Counted from the stretch's first letter, positions 1-13,289 are shown. The stretch is 64,000 bases of DNA from Antedon mediterranea (GCF_964355755.1 NC_092670.1:1292201-1356200), one strand, 5' to 3'. Numbers and translations: made by a program. The notes: generated by a model not told the origin, from the sequence alone.

Positions 1-3000
1 AGTAGAAAACAGTCTTGTTGTCGACCAAACCAAACTTGCAATCTGTAAGGTAGGCCTAAATATCCTTTGAAGAATAACTTGTTATACTTTAGGCTTATTC
101 TGGTTTGTGTTAAGTTTAGTTATATATTTTTCAATTAAACCAAATTATGTTATTATTACAGATACGATCATTAATTCTGCCAGTCAGCATATCATTGGCA
201 TTTGGAGGTCTCTTTGTCAAGTCTTACCGAGTATCTGTTATTTTTAATGCCGTTGACAAGCTAAAGAAAGTTGTAAGTGTTTTTATGGTCATGACTACAT
301 ATACAGTAGGTCTACAACAATTATCAATTGGTAGGCGTACTTGCATACAGCCATTAGATAGGCCTACGCAACACAAGGACATGCATATACAGTACCTCAC
401 GTAATTTGACCAATCACAAGCGATGGATCATTTGAAATTTCGATTGATCAAATTTGTGCGTTGCGCATAACAGAACGAGTAGGCGTTTTCTGGCATCGAT
501 CCTAACTACGTCGTTGTACATAATAGTTGACTATCAGTCCATCTTCATAGAAAAACTGTTTCCGGATTTCCATTTCTACCAAATAAAATTGAAACTTTAT
601 GACATCCATCGCATCATGTTCTTCATACAAACGTATTTTTATGTCCACAGAATCTGTCTGACAAACGACTGGTTTCAGTAGTGTTCATATTTACAATGAT
701 TGACCTGTTAATCTTCGTTTGTTGGAACATCATTGACCCCATGACTATCCAGAGTACAGTAGTCAACACAGAGGTAAGACAAGCTTCTGAAATGTTTGTT
801 GCGTTATCCTAACACACACTGCTTCATGTTGCCAATTGTTTGTTGCGTTATCCTAACACACACTGCTTCATGTTGCCAATTGTTTGTTGCGTTATCCTAA
901 CACACACTGCTTCATGTTGCCAATTGTTTGTTGCGTTATCCTAACACACACTGCTTAATGTTGCCAATTGTTTGTTGCGTTATCCTAACACACACTGCTT
1001 CATGTTGCCAATTGTTTGTTGCGTTATCCTAACACACACTGCTTCATGTTGCCAATTGTTTGTTGCGTTATCCTAACACACACTGCTTCATGTTGCCAAT
1101 TGTTTGTTGCGTTATCCTAACACACACTGCTTCATGTTGCCAATTGTTTGTTGCGTTATCCTAACACACACTGCTTCATGTTGCCAATTGTTTGTTGCGT
1201 TATCCTAACACACACTGCTTCATGTTGCCAATAGTTTGTTGCGTTATCCTAACACACACTGCTTCATGTTGCCAATTGTTTGTTGCGTTATCCTAACACA
1301 CACTGCTTCATGTTGCCAATTGTTTGTTGCGTTGTCCTAACACACACTGCTTCATGTTGCCAATTGTTTGTTGCGTTATCCTAACACACACTGCTTGATG
1401 TTGCCAATTGTTTGTTGCGTTATCCTAACACACACTGCTTGATGTTGCCAATTGTTTGTTGCGTTATCCTAACACACACTGCTTCATGTTGCCAATTGTT
1501 TGTTGCGTTATCCTAACACACACTGCTTCATGTTGCCAATTGTTTGTTGCGTTATCCTAACACACACTGCTTCATGTTGCCAATTGTTTTCGCTTATAAA
1601 GTTTAGTCTACATTAGAAACTCAACAGAACTTTAGGTTGTAGAGGTTTTCCCTGTCTAGATTAGTTACTGGAGTCTGTGTTTATCTGGACGATAACATGA
1701 CTGTAAAGCACTCAAAGACTGTGATGTGACTAGTTAGGTCTGTGTTTATCTGGACGATAACATGACTGTAAAGCACTCAAAGACTGTGATGTGACTAGTT
1801 AGGTCTGTCTCTATCTGGACGATAACATGACTGTAAAGCACTCAAAGACTGTGATGTGACTAGTTAGGTCTGTGTTTATCTGGACGATAACATGACTGTA
1901 AAGCACTCAAAGACTGTGATGTGACTAGTTAGGTCTGTGTTTATCTGGACGATAACATGACTGTAAAGCACTCAAAGACTGTGATGTGACTAGTTAGGTC
2001 TGTGTCTATCTGGACGATAACATGACTGTAAAGCACTCAAAGACTGTGATGTGACTAGTTAGGTCTGTGTTTATCTGGACGATAACATGACTGTAAAGCA
2101 CTCAAAGACTGTGATGTGACTAGTTAGGTCTGTGTCTATCTGGACGATAACAACATGACTGTAAAGCACTCAAAGACTGTGATGTGACTAGTTAGGTCTG
2201 TCTCTATCTGGACGATAACAACATGACTGTAAAGCACTCAAAGACTGTGATGTGACTAGTTAGGTCTGTGTTTATCTGGACGATAACATGACTGTAAAGC
2301 ACTCAAAGACTGTGATGTGACTAGTTAGGTCTGTGTCTATCTGGACGATAACATGACTGTAAAGCACTCAAAGACTGTGATGTGACTAGTTAGGTCTGTG
2401 TTTATCTGGACGATAACAACATGACTGTAAAGCACTCAAAGACTGTGATGTGACTAGTTAGGTCTGTGTCTATCTGGACGATAACATGACTGTAAAGCAC
2501 TCAAAGACTGTGATGTGACTAGTTAGGTCTGTGTCTATCTGGACGATAACAACATGACTGTAAAGCACTCAAAGACTGTGATGTGACTAGTTAGGTCTGT
2601 GTCTATCTGGACGATAACAACATGACTGTAAAGCACTCAAAGACTGTGATGTGACTAGTTAGGTCTGTGTCTATCTGGACGATAACAACATGACTGTAAA
2701 GCACTCAAAGACTGTGATGTGACTAGTTAGGTCTGTGTTTATCTGGACGATAACAACATGACTGTAAAGCACTCAAAGACTGTGATGTGACTAGTTAGGT
2801 CTGTGTCTATCTGGACGATAACAACATGACTGTAAAGCACTCAAAGACTGTGATGTGACTAGTTAGGTCTGTGTCTATCTGGACGATAACAACATGACTG
2901 TAAAGCACTCAAAGACTGTGATGTGACTAGTTAGGTCTGTGTCTATCTGGACGATAACAACATGACTGTAAAGCACTCAAAGACTGTGATGTGACTAGTT

Positions 3001-4650
3001 AGGTCTGTGTTTATCTGGACGATAACAACATGACTGTAAAGCACTCAAAGACTGTGATGTGACTAGTTAGGTCTGTGTCTATCTGGACGATAACAACATG
3101 ACTGTAAAGCACTCAAAGACTGTGATGTGACTAGTTAGGTCTGTGTCTATCTGGACAATAACAACATGACTGTAAAGCACTCAAAGACTGTGATGTGACT
3201 AGTTACAGTAGGTGCACAAATTAACTTGCGCAAACTAGTTTTCTGTACTTTACTGTTCTACAGTAGTAAACTTTGAAAAACTTTCCTCGGAGTTGGGTCG
3301 GGTTGAGTAGACACGTCACGAATATTACACCATATACCACATTGGTTCCTACTGGTTTCTCCATCTTCCTGCATCTAACATTTGATTTTTTTATTTTATC
3401 ACAGATGACGCATGATGAGAATAACAACGATGTTCAACTCCAGTACATTTCTGATGAATGCATCTCGGAGCACAATGACATCTGGTTCGGGTTGCTGTTC
3501 GTCTTCAAAGGAGCCTTAATGGCATTTGGTGTGTTTATTGCATGGGACACAAGGAACGTTATATCGGCACTAAATGAAAGTAAGTCTCAACAAGCTTTGG
3601 TATTTGGAAATAAGGCTTATATCACTTTATTTCAAACAAACAAACACCATACCGTTTGTTACATTCGTAGCCAAGGGCTAAATTGAGTTACAAGTATAAA
3701 CCACCTAGTATGACCATTCAGTTGTCTATGTCTTTTGTGTTCATCTGGGCCTCCTCGGGAAAGCTGTCTCTCAGTACTAGTGATTAGGGGACAGATAATA
3801 CCCATAAGTTGAGACAATTTTAAATTACCAACTACTACTCACTCTATACAATTGATTCATGTTTAAATATTCTAGGTAAACAGATAGCTTTTGCCGTTTA
3901 CTGTGTGTCCATCATCGCTATTGTTGCCATCCCTGTCATCTTTGTAACTGACCTCACCACTGACGCTCTCTACGCTACCATTTCGGTATTTCTGATCGTT
4001 GGAAGTTCGGTTATCTTAATAGCAGTCTTCGTTCCAAAGGTAATTTTAATTATCAAAACATATAGTTCGACTTACTGCATTTACTATTTATTAGAGGGTT
4101 TAAATTAAACGACTTAAGCTCGGTTCCCACTAGCGACGCAACGCAAGGACGTAACGCAACGCAAGTGATTTGACCAATCACAAGCAATGGATTATTCGAA
4201 CAGTGGCTTGTCATTGGTCAACTTGCTTGCGTAGCGCGTACGTCCTTGCGCATAAACAAATGAAAAAGTAAATCACGTAGATATTTCACTTCTCTTTTGA
4301 AAGATTCTGCTTTTAGGAATACCAGACGAGAATATCAAAGTAAGAATCAGCGAATTAAACGTGTTTGAAGATCGTACAACTAAACAAAAAATTACACTGT
4401 ATATACAAGAACTACACGAGGTTGGTATTGGTAATTGATTATCTCAAACTCCTAAATTAATTGAGGACCAAATTGTGCATCTTTGTAATATTATTATTTG
4501 TTATTATTAGACCGTACCGAAATTAGTAGTACTGTAGTATGGTGTCAAATTACATAACAAAACAGTTTTGTTTTTTTTCAGAAACAAACTGAGCTTGCTC
4601 GACTTAAACAGCAGCTTCATCAAAATGGATACTCATGCATTGATGCATAA
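1..4650 (+). CDS. GABA-B receptor subunit 2-like class C GPCR, 3' part (TM3-TM7 and short coiled-coil tail); 5' end lies outside the window
   Basis: GT-AG exons ~1-49, 162-272, 651-773, 3405-3579, 3876-4039, 4304-4420 and 4582-4650 join in frame. Motifs SLAFGGLFVKSYRV, IDLLIFVCWNIIDP, FKGALMAFGVFIAWDTRNV, ALNESK and VFVPK match the GABA-B 7TM pattern (AFGAMFAKTWRV, IDLCILICWQAVDP, YKGLLMLFGCFLAWETRNV, ALNDSK, VFVPK). Stop TAA at 4648-4650. Confidence 0.85.
793..1588. repeat. Intronic minisatellite, 44-bp unit, ~18 copies
   Basis: Unit tgtttgttgcgttatcctaacacacactgcttcatgttgccaat repeated head-to-tail, near-identical, with no spacers. Confidence 0.97.
1673..3205. repeat. Intronic minisatellite, 65/68-bp unit, ~23 copies
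   Basis: Unit gtctgtgt(t/c)tatctggacgataac(aac)atgactgtaaagcactcaaagactgtgatgtgactagttag; the +aac variant dominates the right half. Confidence 0.97.
4114..4250. mobile_element. Palindromic MITE-like dispersed repeat (related copies ~400-470 and ~53340-53471)
   Basis: aagctcggttcccactag...cgcaaggacgta...tgaccaatcacaagc...gcttgtcattggtca...tacgtccttgcg folds back on itself. The copy ending near 53471 carries the complementary terminus ctagtgggaaccaagctt. Confidence 0.7.
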
Positions 4651-5317
4651 CAACCACGATGGTTGTAACCACGATGGTTGCAACCATGCTTCACAGACAT
4701 TATTTGTAAGGTTGTTTTATTGTATTGCAATATATTGACTAAAAAGTTATTTTGTGTTATTGGATCCTATTCTAAAATAGTTACTAAAATGTCGCTCCAT
4801 GTTCAAATTAGACCCTATTGTAAAATAATTACTACTAAAACATTATTCGATGTTCATATCAAATCCTATTGTAAATTATTAACTAGAAATGTATCAACAA
4901 CTAAATATTGATAAAAAGACATGCAAATCAATCAAGGTTTGTAATATAAAGTTTATTTATAAAAGTTTTCTTCATACGATTTTATAATAGTAAAAATAGC
5001 AATTATCATGATTATATATTTATATATATATATTAGGTGGAAACGGCAGTGTATATTATTTATATACTATATATTTGTACATATTGATATATGGTATATT
5101 TTTATAGCGCTGTAAGCCATAATGGCTGTTTGGTGAAACCATAGAACTTAAACAGATCACTTTTTAAGGAAACCAACTACTTTTCAATAAATAGAATATT
5201 GTGCCTCTGTTATTAGTGTTACTGTTTTTTCAGAATAAATGTTGTCACAACATCTTTCGTTCACGTCATATTATCCGTCCAGAAAGTTCTAATTAGCATG
5301 TTTCCAGGTGGATTTAA

Positions 5318-8300
5318 TTAGTATGCATTCAGATGTTTTTGTATAATATCCTTAACTCCAGTTATGTGTACTTGTTGCTAAACAAAGTCAATAAATACAA
5401 ATAATTAAATAATTAAAAACATTTTTACAAGATCAGAAATCATGCCATACGCGAAACAGGCTAAAATACACGAAAAAAGGCCAGTACTTGTAGTCCTGTA
5501 TGCACAACAGGCCAGTACTTGTAGTCCTGTATGCACAACAGGCCAGTACTTGTGGTCCTGTATGCACAACAGGCCAGTACTTGTGGTCCTGTATGCACAA
5601 CAGGCCAGTACTTGTGGTCCTGTATGCACAACAGGCCAGTACTTGTGGTCCTGTATGCACAACAGGCCAGTACTTGTGGTCCTGTATGCACAACAGGCCA
5701 GTACTTGTGGTCCTGTATGCACAACAGGCCAGTACTTGGGGTCCTGTATGCACAACAGGCCAGTACTTGTGGTCCTGTATGCACAACAGGTCAGTACTTG
5801 TGGTCCTGTATGCACAGCAGGTCAGTACTTGTGGTCCTGTATGCACAACAGGTCAGTACTTGTGGTCCTGTATGCACAACAGGTCAGTACTTGTGGTCCT
5901 GTATGCACAACAGGCCAGTACTTGTGGTCTTGTATGCACAACAGGCCAGTACTTGTGGTCCTGTATGCACAACAGGCCAGTACTTGTGGTCATGTATGCA
6001 CAACAGGCCAGTACTTGTGGTCCTGTATGCACAACAGGTCAGTACTTGTGGTCCTGTATGCACAACAGGTCAGTACTTGTGGTCCTGTATGCACAACAGG
6101 TCAGTACTTGTGGTCCTGTATGCACAACAGGTCAGTACTTGTGGTCCTGTATGCACAACAGGTCAGTACTTGTGGTCCTGTATGCACAACAGGCCAGTAC
6201 TTGTGGTCCTGTATGCACAACAGGCCAGTACTTGTGGTCCTGTATGCACAACAGGCCAGTACTTGTGGTCCTGTATGCACAACAGGCCAGTACTTGTGGT
6301 CCTGTATGCACAACAGGCCAGTACTTGTGGTCCTGTATGCACAACAGGCCAGTACTTGTGGTCCTGTATGCACAACAGGCCAGTACTTGTGGTCCTGTAT
6401 GCACAACAGGCCAGTACTTGTGGTCCTGTATGCACAACAGGCCAGTACTTGTGGTCCTGTATGCACAACAGGCCAGTACTTGTGGTCCTGTATGCACAAC
6501 AGGCCAGTACTTGTGGTCCTGTATGCACAACAGGCCAGTACTTGTGGTCCTGTATGCACAACAGGCCAGTACTTGTGGTCCTGTATGCACAACAGGCCAG
6601 TACTTGTGGTCCTGTATGCACAACAGGCCAGTACTTGTGGTCCTGTATGCACAACAGGCCAGTACTTGTGGTCCTGTATGCACAACAGGCCAGTACTTGT
6701 AGTCCTGTATGCACAACAGGCCAGTACTTGTAGTCCTGTATGCACAACAGGCCAGTACTTGTAGTCCTGTATGCACAACAGGCCAGTACTTGTAGTCCTG
6801 TATGTGGAACTTGTACGAGGAACATGCTTGTACGAGGAACATGCTTGTACGAGGAACATGCTTGTACGCAGAAGAGGCCAGTACCCAAAATGGACTTGGG
6901 GTCCTGTACGTGGAAGAGACCAGTACTTGGAATGGCGCTGTATGTAGAACAAGCCTCTATGCGAAAAAGGTCAGTATGGCGAAGAAAGCCCATTGATGGA
7001 GTAATCCTTAGATGCAAATGACCAGTCCACAGTAACGACATATACATGGAACAGGTCTTTAAGAGCAAATGGGCAACACACGGAAAAAAGTTTTAAACAT
7101 AAAAGAAAATTGTTTAGTTAAATCTTACCTTTAAAGTTGTATCTCTGTTTCTTATTTCTGTTACGCCTGTTTTTAAAGTTTCTTTATCTATGACTACGAT
7201 AAATGGTATTCCCATTTCATCAAATCTTGAATAACAACCAAAGAAATTGAGGTCATTGACATGAACTCAAATGCGAATGTTGACTTGCACAGATACATAC
7301 CTTAACCTTTAACCTTTTTGTCTTATACTCAAGAATATACAGAATACTAATAAACTTTCATAATTCTTTTACAAGATTTGATGAGAATAAAAGCGGTTTC
7401 TTTGCTTTTTTTTCTAGTAAGTTATTTAAATTAAAATATTACATTTTTATATTTTAAAAGCAATAATTACCTAAAGAACTCTTTATCAAGAGATATTGGG
7501 GTTTCACCAATATGAAACACTTTTATTCCTGCCTGACAGAATTCTTTTGATAAATATTCGGCCAACTGCAAAATAAAGTATAAATGAATTAGTGTGATGA
7601 ACATAAAGCTCAGTGTTTATTGTAAAGATGTGATGTGGCCAAATATGGATGTGATGTGGCCAAATATGGACATGATGATGTCATATCACTACCATATTTG
7701 AATACATCACACTTTTTTTGTCAAACTAGTTTGATAGTGTAGGAAGAACTTCAGAACAAGGAATGTATTAGGTTATAATAGTGGCTATCTTCATACCTCT
7801 TTAATTTCACGATCTGGTTTTGAAGGAACAACAGCTACCTTAATTGGCGCTAAGCGACGATGTAATCGCAAAATCTAAAAAAAGAATAACTATTGTGCAT
7901 AACTTCCATATAATGGTACAAATAACTCATTTAATATTGTGAATAATGTTCTTGCATTAAGTTTGCATTCCTTCTAATCATTGAGTACCTGTAACTGTAA
8001 AATATTTGAGTTACACTACTACTAAAATAATCTGTGTTTACCTTTCTGGAAATTGTTTTCCCATTTGAATCTTTGATTTGTTTTTGTTGAACAGCTTCTA
8101 CTAAATACGCAAACACTCCTGCGTCTAAACCAGCAACAATCTCAATAATATTTGGCGTAACAAAACGCTTTTTAAATTTACCCTGTTAAAACAGAAAAAT
8201 AAAATTGGTAATGAAGTAGAGATCTATAACTAATTTCTACGTAAATAATACATAAAAGTACCAATCTATATGATAACTATTAGTCTGGGCTCCAGACGGA

Positions 8301-11300
8301 GTTTTGTAAAAATATAAATATTTTTGCACATATGGCGTTTCATACGTGTATTACTTGAGTTTGGATACTCCGTCTGGGGAAACACGCATAAGTCACGTGG
8401 TTTGACACCAAGAATTCTTGGTGCATGAATTATCCAGTTGACTAGTTTCAGCCGCATGCCATTGGCTACTCACTCGTACGTTGTTTTAATATTCATATTT
8501 CAGAATTTCAAAGACTCAACGTCTAAGACGATGCGCATGCGCTATGTTACGTTTAGGTATTGGTTGGGTACATTGATGAAAGTTTCTGAAGGCTAAAAAT
8601 GATTTTATATGCCTAGTAGTCTGGTAAACATTTGATGAGATTTTTCCCAAGAACATGAAAACTCGTCGTGATATGATAGGCTAGCTTCTCCGCCAAATCA
8701 AACATTGAATGGATCATTTATTATGCGGAGAAAATTTGATTTAATTCCCACCCAGACCCTGTCCTGTTCTGTGTGGTGGTGTAGCCCTGTTGTGTGCCGG
8801 TCGGTGGTGGTATGTACCTTATTGGCGTTTTATTTGGAAGGTCATACGTACGAGTTGAGTAGCCCTACGAACACCTACGAAGGAGGCCTAGGCCAGAACA
8901 ATTAATAAACAAAACAACTTGGCAACACGATTTTATATTTCAACAGTTGTTCAGTCTCGATCGTACATTCAGCACACTGTACGTACGTACTCGATCTTTT
9001 TCATTTTGAAACAAAATGATAATTGGTTGATTCGAAATCCATATTTACATACCGCCCGCCCCATATAGCCAAGTACGGTATGATAACCTACGTCATTCTT
9101 ATCGGATGTTTGCGGTTTGCAAATCGATTTCTATACGTGTTTCACAAGTCTGTATTTTCAGACAAAAATCGCGGTCGAAATAAAAACAAATAAATAAAAA
9201 AAAGACAATAAATACAGACTTGGGGCAAGTCTAGATAACTATGAGCAGGACAGAGCAACGGTGGAGTTCAAAAATTTTACCTATTACCTTTATAACTATA
9301 TGAATTACCCATGGAGTAGTCATTTACTCCATGGAATTACCTGAATATTTTTCTTTGTGTCCTTATAAATATCTTCTAATATTTTACTCCCTCTGTTAGC
9401 TATTCTTTCTATTACTTCTACCCCCCATGGAAACTGGAACATTATGTCAGCAGCCTTTGCATCTTCCTGGACCGACACAGAAAACAACGATGGTGTTCCT
9501 GAAAACTGAGGAGAACGAAACCAATGAGTTCAAGATTGACTAGTATTTGCTACTATCGGAAATCTATAGATTTAAAAAAGGTGGCATTACCTTTCTCCAC
9601 CACTGAAGTCTCTCTTTCTGCCATGAATACAGCCACTGACTGGATTCTTTGGGAGGTGTAAAGAAATTAACAGACATCTCGGTGAACTCTGGCATTCTAT
9701 AAAATGAACAACAATTTGTGATTTAACAAAAAAACTTTCTCGGACAGGATTTATTTATTTATTCTGTCTTTATACTGAATGACACTTTCAGTGCTAAAGC
9801 ATTGATTTCCAAAGTGGTTCAGTAGAGAACATTTTCAAATATAATAAAAATAATTCAAAGACAACAATTTACATTAATACACACATATTTACAATAAGGT
9901 AACTACAGTATCTACAAAACATACAGATTGGAATAGGACTGGTGAACATCCAAACAACCAAGATGAAATCTTGTACCTGTAAATGATTTTTGAACTGTCT
10001 GTTGAATCAACCGTCTGGTAGCATCTTCCAACGTTTGCAATTCCAAATGGAAGTTTTTTATTAACCAACTGCAATGTCTGTGGATAATGCCTACAAAGAC
10101 CTACAAAACAAAACAAATTAAATGAAATAAGTTCAAATTATTACAATTGTAAAAATATACTATGTCAAAAAATAGGTTACGGTAATACTAATGTACACTC
10201 TACTAATGTTAAAATAAACAATTAAAACAGCATACTGCATAAACATTAAATTTAAGCTAAAAATTAATAGTGTATTGTTGGAATATTTAAAATGAAATAA
10301 ATATTTATCTTAATATGTAGTGTTTTTTATCTTCTTCCATTTAGTAGCAAACTTCCTTGTTGAAGGCAACTTGCTCCACTGACTCTAGCTTTTGGACGTT
10401 TTATGCATAAGCTGTGTGGTGCATATGCAGCTTAAATAAAATATATTCAATTTAGTTGGATAATTATGTTTTTAAAATTGGCTTAAAATAAAAAAGTATT
10501 TACTATTTGAAAATGAGGACTGCACAAATGAGTTCTCGTGCGGCGTGTTTGGCTCTGAATTGTCAGATTGCAATGGAGCAACTTTCACTTGGTGTATACT
10601 TCCTGGACGGGTGCCATGAAGGCTTGCACATTCAACACCAAACATGTACTCTTTAGCTGTCACAACACTTTGCCACCTACCACACAAATGAATAGTGAAT
10701 GGCAGTGAGTATTTGAAAGAAAAATCTTACATAACATTTATTAAAGGGAAATTGTTCCTGAAAAATGATATTACGTATGTTGATCCCTAGGAACTTTCAT
10801 AACCACAATGATCTCTTTTGGGAAAATCACAATTTTATATTTTTATACTCTTTGAATTTTCATGATATGAATTTATTAAAGTATCATAGTAAAGCAGTTA
10901 TAGAATAGGCTTATACATTGTGTCCAATTTTTTTTTTAATGCTTCATCAAATTAAAAGGAAAATTTTCCATGACTTTCCATTAAAGATGTATTGTCCCTT
11001 TGACTAATTCAACAAAAAAACATTTTTTAATATTTCGAAAAAAAGTGCGTCATTTTGAAGTATCATAATAGTTAATTAACTTTCACCAAAAATTAGTCGA
11101 AAAAAAAAAAATTTAACCGAAATACAGACGTTTTTTTTCTTCAAAAAATAACTTTGACTTCCAGTCAAAGTTTTCGATCAAAACATATCTCATAATGCAA
11201 CGTGCTTGTTTGGCTACTCTGTATGGATAATCATAAAACTTCTTCGCGATCTGTGTGAAAACACCTTCCCAACCGCGACGAGTTGCAAACAATCCTAATT

Positions 11301-11770
11301 AGCATCATGCATAATGCATACTAATGGTTTGAAATCTTTGTTTACTTTCGCTTGTGACGATTTTCCAGACGAAATGTAATCAAATTAATTTACCTGTTAA
11401 TTACGTAAACTTGTTGTTTTTGCCTCGAATTTTCGACTTAAAGTGAATAACTTTAATATTACTTTGATATGGCCAATTTATATTTAGAATATTTTTTTTT
11501 CATTTTTTGTGTTTCAAGGGACAATACATCTTTAAGGTCTGGAAAATATTTTAATAACATTTCTACATTTCCAATGACCCTGTGGGCCTATATGAACTCC
11601 GAATATGCTCACCACTCATTTTCAATGTTGCGTTTGATATCGCTGCCAAGCGGTCCATAATCATAGCACCCAGTGACAATGCTGCTGGTTAGCTGGTTGG
11701 CTTGCTGAAAGATTCCATGATACTTACAGAGAGCAAGAACCTTCCGCAGCTGATCTTTTCCACCAGACAT
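5318..11770 (-). CDS. POLG2: Mitochondrial DNA polymerase gamma accessory subunit
   Basis: Exons ~11613-11770 ([18 protein letters not shown]), ~10505-10677 (WQSVV; 3' boundary uncertain), 9977-10100 ([16 protein letters not shown]), 9591-9696 (FFTPP...RLQWWRK), 9341-9505 (FPWGVEVIE), ~8042-8182, ~7797-7874 ([14 protein letters not shown]), ~7471-7565, ~7129-7225 (FDEMGIPF...RNRDTTLK) and 5318-5377 (QQVHI...AY*). These match human POLG2 motifs LVNKRLPYGLAQIG, RLQWWRK, FPWGKE, LAPIKVA and RSRDTTMKE. Confidence 0.93.
5478..6803. repeat. Intronic minisatellite, 31-bp unit, ~43 copies, followed by a 17-bp unit x3 (6809-6868)
   Basis: Unit aggccagtacttgtggtcctgtatgcacaac in the last POLG2 intron. 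It explains the long repetitive ORFs in the ORF track. Confidence 0.97.
7606..7741. mobile_element. Copy of the abundant ~150-bp MITE family A (degenerate)
   Basis: Core gtgatgtggccaaatatggacatgatgatgtcatatcactaccatattt...tgtcaaactagtttgatagtgtag is shared with the copies at 28399, 29843, 35899, 36553, 39071 and 44056. Confidence 0.75.
8281..9233. mobile_element. Non-autonomous DNA transposon with TAG...CTA termini and 9-bp TSD (Academ/AcademH-like)
   Basis: Direct repeat GATAACTAT at 8272-8280 and 9234-9242. Left end tagtctgggctccagac...gtctggggaaacacgcata mirrors right end tatacgtgtttcacaagtc...gacttggggcaagtcta. The superfamily is inferred from the termini and TSD length only. Confidence 0.7.
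10981..11535. mobile_element. TTAA-flanked TIR element (Kolobok-like non-autonomous)
   Basis: ttaaagatgtattgtccctt at the left end and aagggacaatacatctttaa at the right end form a perfect 20-bp inverted repeat including TTAA. A related element lies at 41325-41689. Confidence 0.8.
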
Positions 11771-12289
11771 TCAAAACCTTAATGCCATTTACTGCTGAAG
11801 GGTAAAATAGAAAAATGAACTAAAACTTTTCCATTTGTCTTGTCCCTCTGCAATGTCTGCAAAGTATGATAAATATGGGGAGGAGGGGGAACGGATTGCT
11901 AGATAACTAGATATATACTACACCATGAGTTTTTGGCGCGACAGTTGTACCGACCGTGTGCAAGACATCCCTATCACCAGTCATGTCTTCCATCAATCAA
12001 ATCATTAGTCACCATCATCACTGTATATGTATATAGCCGGCCAGGAGTACTGACCCAGCCCAGGCCCTCCTGGCCTCTAGTAGGGTACTATCTATTACTT
12101 ATTAGGTATGTAGGCCTAGAAGGCTCAAGTATAGTATACTTACAGGGATAAATTAATAAACATGGATGCCCATTGCAGTAAACGATATTCGATACTACCT
12201 AAACGATAAAAACTAGTATATTAGGCCTCTTTGATTTACAATAACCTATCGAAAGCGAGACATGTGCGTTTGTTGTGTTTTTTATAAAA

Positions 12290-12325
12290 GCGCCCTCGCT
12301 GTAAGTATGGCGCGCCAAAGGAGTT
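12290..12325 (-). promoter_or_regulatory. Putative POLG2 promoter with an E2F-type site
   Basis: atggcgcgccaaa (TTTGGCGC on the minus strand) lies just upstream of a probable 5'-UTR exon (donor near 12143). A second ttttggcgcg is at 11931. Confidence 0.45.
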
Positions 12326-13289
12326 ATTTATTAGGGTATCATACATCAGATAAGGTACACAAAAAACATTCCAAAGGAAAAACAATATAAACAATAAAGA
12401 TAAAAAAAATCATTATTTTATTTATTTTTGGTAGTGTTTGGAAGATTACAATAAATAATATATTATTCAATTAAAAAAACATCGATCACAGAATACTATG
12501 GTGGTCATAATTACATGGCCATGCATATTATTTGCATAATCAAAATAACAAAAATCAAATACAATAATATAAACATTGTAAAATTACATTCGTAAAAAAC
12601 ATACTCTGTATGCATTTTATTGCTTAAATGATTATTTTTTGTTATCCGAATCGATGAAAAAACATATTTTCAACATATACATTTATTATTTACATAATTT
12701 AAAAAAGAAAAAAATGTTTTTAAAAACCTCTCAAATATTTTATTACAATATCTATAAATGAATACTTATACTTATTTTAGCTATAAAAAAAAAATAATAA
12801 GTTATGCAATTATTACTTAATATTGTTTAATAGCATACTATGTATTTATTCACGTGTGTATATTAGTGATAGTGATAATAATATTGGTTGCAGTATGCAT
12901 GATTTGAGAATTTGTTTGCGAGAAAGTGTTAAGTTAATAGTGCAAATATTAAACAGCTTTGGTAAAATGAAACTGAAGGATCCACAGAAACACGCTACAA
13001 ATCAAACTACCAAAAATGAAACACCTTCATTGTCCTAGTCACCTGATCTTAGTCAGCAATGAACCTAGCTAGCAGAAGCATTGGGAGGTTTGGATACGAG
13101 AAAAGAAATAAAACACAACAAACAAATTAAGTGCATTTGGTGTTATGAAACATAGAATGTACATGCAGTAAGTTATGTTTATCTTTGCGTAAATATGGAA
13201 GGAAGTATGTTGTGGTAGTATGCCTTTATAGTAGGTTTTAAATAAATAATTTATCATTATTTTTGGTTTATAATTGCATAACTCGCGTT

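Noticed and set aside
793-3205. Regular repeat arrays resembling CRISPR
   Set aside because: Units are head-to-tail with no unique spacers, lie in a spliceosomal intron, and there are no cas genes. The same holds for 5478-6803, 34905-35476 and 60903-61778.
5405-7068. ORFs of up to 440 aa on both strands
   Set aside because: Artefact of a stop-free 31-bp repeat, with the same peptide cycling through all frames inside a POLG2 intron.
8266-8905. Small ORFs suggesting a gene nested in POLG2
   Set aside because: They fall almost entirely inside the TSD-bounded element 8281-9233 and show no recognisable protein features.
10330-10432. Possible extra POLG2 exon
   Set aside because: It has an acceptor-like site but no donor in the phase needed by the next exon.
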